A DNA stretch of 64,000 nucleotides from a bacterium. Its GTDB lineage: Bacteria > Zhuqueibacterota > Zhuqueibacteria > Residuimicrobiales > Krinioviventaceae. The stretch is taken from contig CAXXFV010000023.1 of assembly GCA_963674595.2 (NCBI GenBank), forward strand, positions 1 through 64,000. Direction: 5' to 3'. The translations under genes were made by a program, and so were the position numbers. Below are positions 58,417 through 64,000 of this stretch, one piece after another. Numbering within the stretch: position 1 is the first letter of the stretch; every line of letters starts with the position of its first letter. Below the pieces are notes generated by a model. The model had not been told where the DNA came from. It saw only the letters and a list, made by a program, of their open reading frames with translations, and did not search any database.

Positions 58417-58445
58417 TTGCAACCATATTGTATAATTTGTATTAT
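58417..58445 (+). promoter_or_regulatory. Sigma70-type promoter candidate
   Basis: TTGCAA, 17 bp spacer, TATTAT upstream of the GH127-like gene. Confidence 0.45.
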
Positions 58446-58538
58446 TTTGTTTGATATGGTTTAAAAAATATTTTATCAATATTCCTGATAATTCCTGTTT
58501 AAACGTGAATGTTATACCTTGTTTATGGAGTAACCAAA

Positions 58539-60667
58539 ATGAACCTGCTGTGCCGCAGCCTGATTTTTTTATTACTGGTAATGATGTCCTGTGAAAATCA
58601 AAAAGTTTCTATAGTTAAAAATCCGGATGCTAATATTAATAACAGCAATTATGTGTCCAACAGAGCTCCTTTACAACCTGCGCCGCTTATCAAGCTGCCG
58701 CTGGGTTCTGTCAGGGCAAATGGCTGGTTACAGCATCAGCTTGAATTGACAGTAAACGGTGCGGCTGGTCATTTGGATGAGCTCAGTTATTTTTTACAGG
58801 ATAGCAACGGATGGCTGAATCCGGATGGTATCGGCTGGGAAGAGCAGCCCTACTGGCTGCGCGGATTTTTACCCCTGGCCTTTTTAACGCAGGACAGCAG
58901 CGCGTTGAATAAAGTCGATAAATGGATAAATGCCGTACTTTCCGGTCAGGATGACGATGGATTTTTTGGACCGCAAAATTTGCGGTCTGTTCCGGGCAAA
59001 CAGGGGCAACAGCTTTGTGATTTGTGGCCGCACATGGTGATGATTGATGTGTTGAGACAGTATTTTGAAGTTACAGGAGATGAGCGTATCATCCTGTTTT
59101 TAACCCGTTTTTATGAGTTTTGTCTAAAGATTCCGGATGAAGAATTTATCAATATTGAATCTTTGGTTGATCCTTCCCGCTTTCCCGAGTCGTGGAAAGC
59201 CTGGAATCAGAATGTCGTCTGGAAAAATAAAATGCAGCATATACGGGCCGGCGACATGGTGCCGCATTTTATCTGGTTGTACAATTATACCGGAGAGACC
59301 TGGCTTCTGGATTTGGCTGAACGTTTTTATAAGAAAATAAAACCATCAGAGGACCAATGGCTTGAAGGACATAATGTTCATTTTGCACAACGTTATAATT
59401 ATTTTGGGTGCATTCCTTGCTTTCCGGCAATCCGGATGATATTAAAAAGTCAGAGTACTGGTATACCATGCACATGGAAACCTGGGGACAGCAGCCGAGG
59501 GGTATTTTTGCCGCAGATGAACGAGTTCGCGATGGGAAAACAGACCCCCGTCAGGCATTCGAAACGTGCGGTATGATTGAATTTACCAAAAGTTTTTATC
59601 TGTTGGGACAAATTTCCGGTGACCCCATGTATGCCGACCGTTGTGAAGATATTATGCTGAACCATTTTCCCGTTGCGCATTCACCGGATTATCGGGCACT
59701 GCATTATTTAACCGCATCCAATATGCCGCAGCTCGATGCCGGAAATAAACACGATTTTTACAATCAAAAACCGCAGCTTTGTTACTCTCCCCATATGTAT
59801 CGCTGCTGCCAGCATAATGACGCTATGGGCTGGTCATGGTATGTTCAGCATTTATGGCAGGCAACATCTGATAATGGGTTGGCGGCCTGGCTTTATGCTC
59901 CCTGTACGGTAAAAGCCAGGGTTGGCGATAATAAACCGGTAACGATAGAATCTGTTACCGGTTATCCGTTTAAAACAAATGTTGAACTGAAAATAACAGA
60001 GGCAAACGCCGCCCGGTTCCCCTTGTACTTGCGGGTTCCTGCCTGGTGTCAACAGTTTAAAGTACTTTTGAACAATGAACCAATTGACGTTGAAACTGAA
60101 CCTCAAAATTATGTTTGTATCAATCGTACCTGGAATTCCGGGGACATTGTGCAAATTTCCATGGACAATGAAATAACTCTTACAACTTGGCCGAACAATG
60201 CCAGTGTTACCGTCAATCGCGGACCCTTGAGTTATTCTGTCAAGATTGATGAAAAGTGGAAAAACTTTAATCGATTTAAAATGAGTGATGAATGGAAAAA
60301 GAGTGCCGGTTTTTCCACACCCGTCTCTGTTAAAATTGATATTAAAAAGTGGCCGGAATGGGAAGTTTTTCCTGCAAGTCCCTGGAATTATGGCTTGCTG
60401 ATAGATCAACAACATCCTAAAGAGTCGTTTACTGTTTTCGAAAGCGATACCCTGGCTGAAAATCCGTGGACTGTGGAAACTGCACCGGTCCGTTTGACTG
60501 TAAACGCCAGGCGAATACCATCCTGGTCTTTGGACAAGAGCCAAACCGTTGAGCCATTACCGAAAAGTCCGGTTGTTTCAACAGAGCCAACCGAACAGAT
60601 AACATTGATTCCGTTAGGCTGCGCACGATTACGGATTGGCTGTATGCCGGTTATTTTAGGAGAATGA
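58539..60667 (+). pseudogene. GH127/GH146 beta-L-arabinofuranosidase-like lipoprotein split by a 1-nt frameshift near 59403-59409
   Basis: ORF1 has GWL..QL, WEEQPYWLRG and H.VH. ORF2 has FETCG.IE, YADRCE, CCQHN, YPF, LRVP.W, RGPL and LIP.GCARLR. The two halves are collinear parts of one family protein. Confidence 0.8.
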
Positions 60668-60706
60668 TTGCTGTTTTATAGATAATAAAAATTTAAGGAT
60701 ATTATT

Positions 60707-62164
60707 ATGTCGGAAAACAGGTATACACGACGTTCTTTTGCCAAACATTCCGCAATGGCTGCCGCAGCTATGGCATTTATAAACTGCAATCCGTTTTGTA
60801 AAAAGTCTAAAGGGAAAAGACCCAATATTTTGTTCGCCATAGCCGATGACTGGGGATGGCCGCATGCGCGGTTTTACGGCGACAAGGTCGTAAAAACGCC
60901 TGCATTTGAAAGCATTGCCCGTAATGGCATCCTTTTTAATAATGCTTTTGTAACAGCGCCTTCCTGCACACCTTCGAGAAATTCAATTCTGACCGGTCAG
61001 TATCACTGGCGTTTGGAGACCGGGGCAAATTTACACAGCCGTTTTCCGGACGGACCGCAGACTTTTCCAAATATTTTAGAGGACAATGGTTATTTTGTGG
61101 GTTCGTGCAGTAAATCTTTTGGCCCGGGAGCGGACCGTGAAAGACCGGTAGCCGGAATAAAATATGATAATTTTGAAATTTTTTTGCAGACTGCGCCAAA
61201 AGACAAACCGTTCTGTTTTTGGCTGGGCTCCAAAGACCCGCATCGCACCTACGAATGGCAGTCAGGCGTTAAAAGCGGTATGGACCCTGACGACGTACAG
61301 GTCCCGCCATGTTTACCGGACACAAAAGAGGTACGCACGGATATTTGTGATTATTACTGGGAAGTACAGCGATTTGATAAAACTGTTGGCGACGCTCTCG
61401 AACTTTTAGAGGAGTCCGGTGAACTGGACAATACTCTTATCATTATGACCGGTGATAACGGCTGGCCCTTCCCGAGGGGAAAATCTAATCTTTATGATCT
61501 TGGAGTACATGTTCCGCTGGCCGTTCAGTGGGGTGACGAAATTAAAAAAGGCCGCGTGATAGATGATTTTGTCAGTCTCGCCGATTTTGCACCCACATTT
61601 TTTGAGGCTGCCGGTTTAGATGTTCCGGAGGATGTGACGGCTAAAAGTTTAATCAGCTTGTTTGAATCCAACGAATCCGGATGGATCGATCCTGAACGTG
61701 ACCATGTCCTCACCGGCAAGGAACGTCATACCCTGGCCCAGGCAGATAGTATGAGCGGCACACCCATGCGCGCAATTCGGACAAAGGATTTTCTTTATAT
61801 ACACAATTTTAAACCGGACCGCTGGCCGGCAGGTGCGCCGAAAAATCTATATGGCAGAGCTTTTCGTGACATCGATGACAGTCCGACAAAATCGGTCATT
61901 CTCGAAAATAAAGACCGTCCGGAAATGAAAAAATATTTTAAACTCTGCTGTGGTAAAAGACCGGCTGATGAATTGTATGACTTGCAAAAAGACCCGGACC
62001 AGTTGACAAATGTGGCGGATGATCCCACCTATAAACAGGATTTAAAAGAGTTAAAAAAGCGACTTTTTGATGAACTGAAACAGACAAAAGACCCTCGTGT
62101 TTTGGGAAAAGGGGATGTTTTTGACAATTATCCCTATCTCGGAAAAAAACCGGTTATAAAATAA
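60707..62164 (+). CDS. Tat-exported sulfatase (S1, N-sulfoglucosamine sulfohydrolase-like)
   Basis: RRSF Tat motif; PNILF.IADD; CTPSR (formylglycine motif); DPHR; GDNG.PFPRGK; ELYDL..DP. Confidence 0.92.
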   Translation: MSENRYTRRSFAKHSAMAAAAMAFINCNPFCKKSKGKRPNILFAIADDWGWPHARFYGDKVVKTPAFESIARNGILFNNAFVTAPSCTPSRNSILTGQYHWRLETGANLHSRFPDGPQTFPNILEDNGYFVGSCSKSFGPGADRERPVAGIKYDNFEIFLQTAPKDKPFCFWLGSKDPHRTYEWQSGVKSGMDPDDVQVPPCLPDTKEVRTDICDYYWEVQRFDKTVGDALELLEESGELDNTLIIMTGDNGWPFPRGKSNLYDLGVHVPLAVQWGDEIKKGRVIDDFVSLADFAPTFFEAAGLDVPEDVTAKSLISLFESNESGWIDPERDHVLTGKERHTLAQADSMSGTPMRAIRTKDFLYIHNFKPDRWPAGAPKNLYGRAFRDIDDSPTKSVILENKDRPEMKKYFKLCCGKRPADELYDLQKDPDQLTNVADDPTYKQDLKELKKRLFDELKQTKDPRVLGKGDVFDNYPYLGKKPVIK

Positions 62165-62184
62165 ACATAATTCGTGGAGGCTTT

Positions 62185-63546
62185 ATGAAATCGATTAATA
62201 ATAGCAATATTTCACGCCGAACGTTCCTTGCCGCTTCAACCCTTGCTGCATTTTCCTTTCATTATGTACCAGGTCGATTGTTTGGCTCTGAGGCCCCCGG
62301 TAACAAATTGAATATAGCAGGAATCGGTGTCGGCGGCATGGGCGGCAGTAATTTAAGCCGATGCGAATCAGAAAATATTATTGCCCTGTGCGATGTTGAC
62401 AGCGATTATGCGGCCAAAACCATTGAAAAATATCCAAAGGCAAAGGTGTATACGGATTATCGGGTCATGCTGGAAAAAGAAAAAGACATTGATGCTGTCG
62501 TTATTGCCACACCGGACCATACCCATGCTGTTATAACCCTGGCAGCTTTGGAAGCCGGCAAGCATGTTTACTGTCAAAAACCGTTGACGCATACGGTATA
62601 CGAAGCCAGAACAATTAAGCAAGCGGCCCGAAAATATAATGTTCAAACCCAGATGGGGAACCAGGGCCATTCTTCCGAGCATATACGATTATTGAAAGAG
62701 TGGCTTGATGACGGTGTGATAGGTGATGTCAGAGAAATTTACGCCTGGACGGACCGGCCTGTCGGTGGTGATATCTGGTCGACCTTTGCCGTTAAAGCCG
62801 CACCGAAAGATACACCACCAGTCCCGGCATCTTTAAATTGGGATTTATGGCTGGGACCGGCTGCTTACAGGTCTTATCATCCGGATTACCACCCCATGGC
62901 CTGGCGTGCCTGGCTGGATTTCGGCACCGGCGCATTGGGTGATATGGGATGCCATATTCTTGATCCGGCTTTTTGGGCGCTTGATTTGGGCGCACCGACA
63001 CAGATCGAAGCCACGTCCACACATTGGCAGGAGGACGTCAGTTCGGAAACGTTTCCCAGGGCTTCTATTGTGCGCTATCAATTTCCACAACGGGGAAACA
63101 AACCACCGGTAAAATTGACCTGGTATGACGGACGGTTGATGCCGCCTTTACCGGACAGTTTTGAAAGCGGTCGAAAATTACCGGCAAGCGGCGCTATTTT
63201 AGTCGGTGATGACGGCTGCATTTTGCACGGTTCTCATGGCGCACACGGGATGCGGCTTGTACCGGAATCGAAAATGCAAAGCTACAAACGTCCGAAAAAA
63301 ACACTGCCGCGTGTAACGGGTACGCACGAAGAAGACTGGATCCGCGCCTGCAAAGACGGCAAACCGGCCAGTTCCACGTTTGAATATGGCGGTGCGTTAA
63401 CAGAAATGGCGCTTTTGGGTGTTTTAGCAATCCGTATGAAAGACCAGCGTTTGCAATGGGATTCTGAAAATATGAGATTTACAAATAATGAAGAAGCAAA
63501 CAAATTACTGCATATAGACTATCGTGCCGGCTGGAAATTAGGATAA
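62185..63546 (+). CDS. Tat-exported Gfo/Idh/MocA family oxidoreductase
   Basis: SRRTFL; IGVGGMG; IATPDHTH; HVYCQKP; WDLWLGPA; GTGALGDMGCH. Confidence 0.93.
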   Translation: MKSINNSNISRRTFLAASTLAAFSFHYVPGRLFGSEAPGNKLNIAGIGVGGMGGSNLSRCESENIIALCDVDSDYAAKTIEKYPKAKVYTDYRVMLEKEKDIDAVVIATPDHTHAVITLAALEAGKHVYCQKPLTHTVYEARTIKQAARKYNVQTQMGNQGHSSEHIRLLKEWLDDGVIGDVREIYAWTDRPVGGDIWSTFAVKAAPKDTPPVPASLNWDLWLGPAAYRSYHPDYHPMAWRAWLDFGTGALGDMGCHILDPAFWALDLGAPTQIEATSTHWQEDVSSETFPRASIVRYQFPQRGNKPPVKLTWYDGRLMPPLPDSFESGRKLPASGAILVGDDGCILHGSHGAHGMRLVPESKMQSYKRPKKTLPRVTGTHEEDWIRACKDGKPASSTFEYGGALTEMALLGVLAIRMKDQRLQWDSENMRFTNNEEANKLLHIDYRAGWKLG

Positions 63547-63576
63547 CCGGATTGAAATAAAAGAGAGAACACTTGA

Positions 63577-64000
63577 ATGGGACATGAAAACAAAAAACAG
63601 CTTTACAGAAATCTTTTGATTTTTACGGTGGTAACCCTTGGTTCCGGATGGATTGCCATGTGGCTGAATGTTAAATCTACCGGACAGCCCTCTCAGGGTA
63701 TGGGTATTTTATTGTGGCTTCTTGCACCGTTGTTGGTTTCTATTATACTCCGTTTGTTTGCCGGCGACGGATGGAAAGATATGGGCATTTGTTTAAATTT
63801 TAAAAATAATATACGATGGTATGTTGTAACAATCATGCTTTATCCTGTGTTGATTGGTTTTATTCTATTGCTGGGCTGGTTGACCGGATGTACTGCTTTA
63901 TCCGGATTTTGCACAAAAGGTTTTGCTCTGTTTTTTCAATTACTTTTGGCAGCGTTGGTTGGTAATTTTTTCAAGAATATTTTTGAAGAGTTTGCCTGGC
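63577..64000 (+). CDS. CPBP (CAAX protease/Abi) intramembrane metalloprotease, truncated by the window edge
   Basis: Manual translation MGHENKKQLYRNLLIF...GDGWKDMG...KNIFEEFAW; EE..W motif at the window end. Confidence 0.8.
   Translation, partial: MGHENKKQLYRNLLIFTVVTLGSGWIAMWLNVKSTGQPSQGMGILLWLLAPLLVSIILRLFAGDGWKDMGICLNFKNNIRWYVVTIMLYPVLIGFILLLGWLTGCTALSGFCTKGFALFFQLLLAALVGNFFKNIFEEFAW

Noticed and set aside
59852-60544. 230 aa antisense ORF over the GH127-like C-terminal half
   Set aside because: Opposite strand of a well-supported coding region; no recognisable features.

Overview
A gene-dense, moderately AT-rich bacterial window. PorV/PorQ-family and C-terminal secretion-domain proteins, a TonB receptor without SusD, and a PTS-metK-ahcY cluster suggest an FCB-superphylum lineage such as candidate division KSB1 or Calditrichota; this is an inference. 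No rRNA, tRNA or CRISPR array was seen. Main blocks: (1) 1550-7372, a four-gene sulfur-oxyanion/multiheme operon. It encodes an octaheme Otr-type cytochrome, an Otr paralog that has lost the heme-2 CxxCH and is fused to a di-heme cytochrome b, and two YeeE/YedE half-transporters, the second fused to a Cys-less rhodanese with a C-terminal GGCS tail. (2) 7.5-21 kb, mixed metabolic genes: nitrilase fusion, gnd, DUF4405, trehalase, S9 peptidase, GH95, BNR protein. (3) 21-32.5 kb, a minus-strand housekeeping run: GT-C, glmM, deoC, PTS IIC/IID without IIA/IIB, ptsH, ptsI, pgi/pmi, metK, ahcY. (4) 32.8-52.7 kb, a ~20 kb SusD-less glycan-utilisation-like locus that includes a secreted protein with a ~1.03 kb near-identical internal DNA duplication. 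(5) 52.8-64 kb: PorV-like gene, RAYT-type transposase, DUF1080/TIM-barrel/Gfo-Idh-MocA genes, a frameshifted GH127-like gene, a sulfatase and a partial CPBP protease. The best candidate for an undescribed system is block 1. All family calls come from motif recognition by eye; no searches were run.
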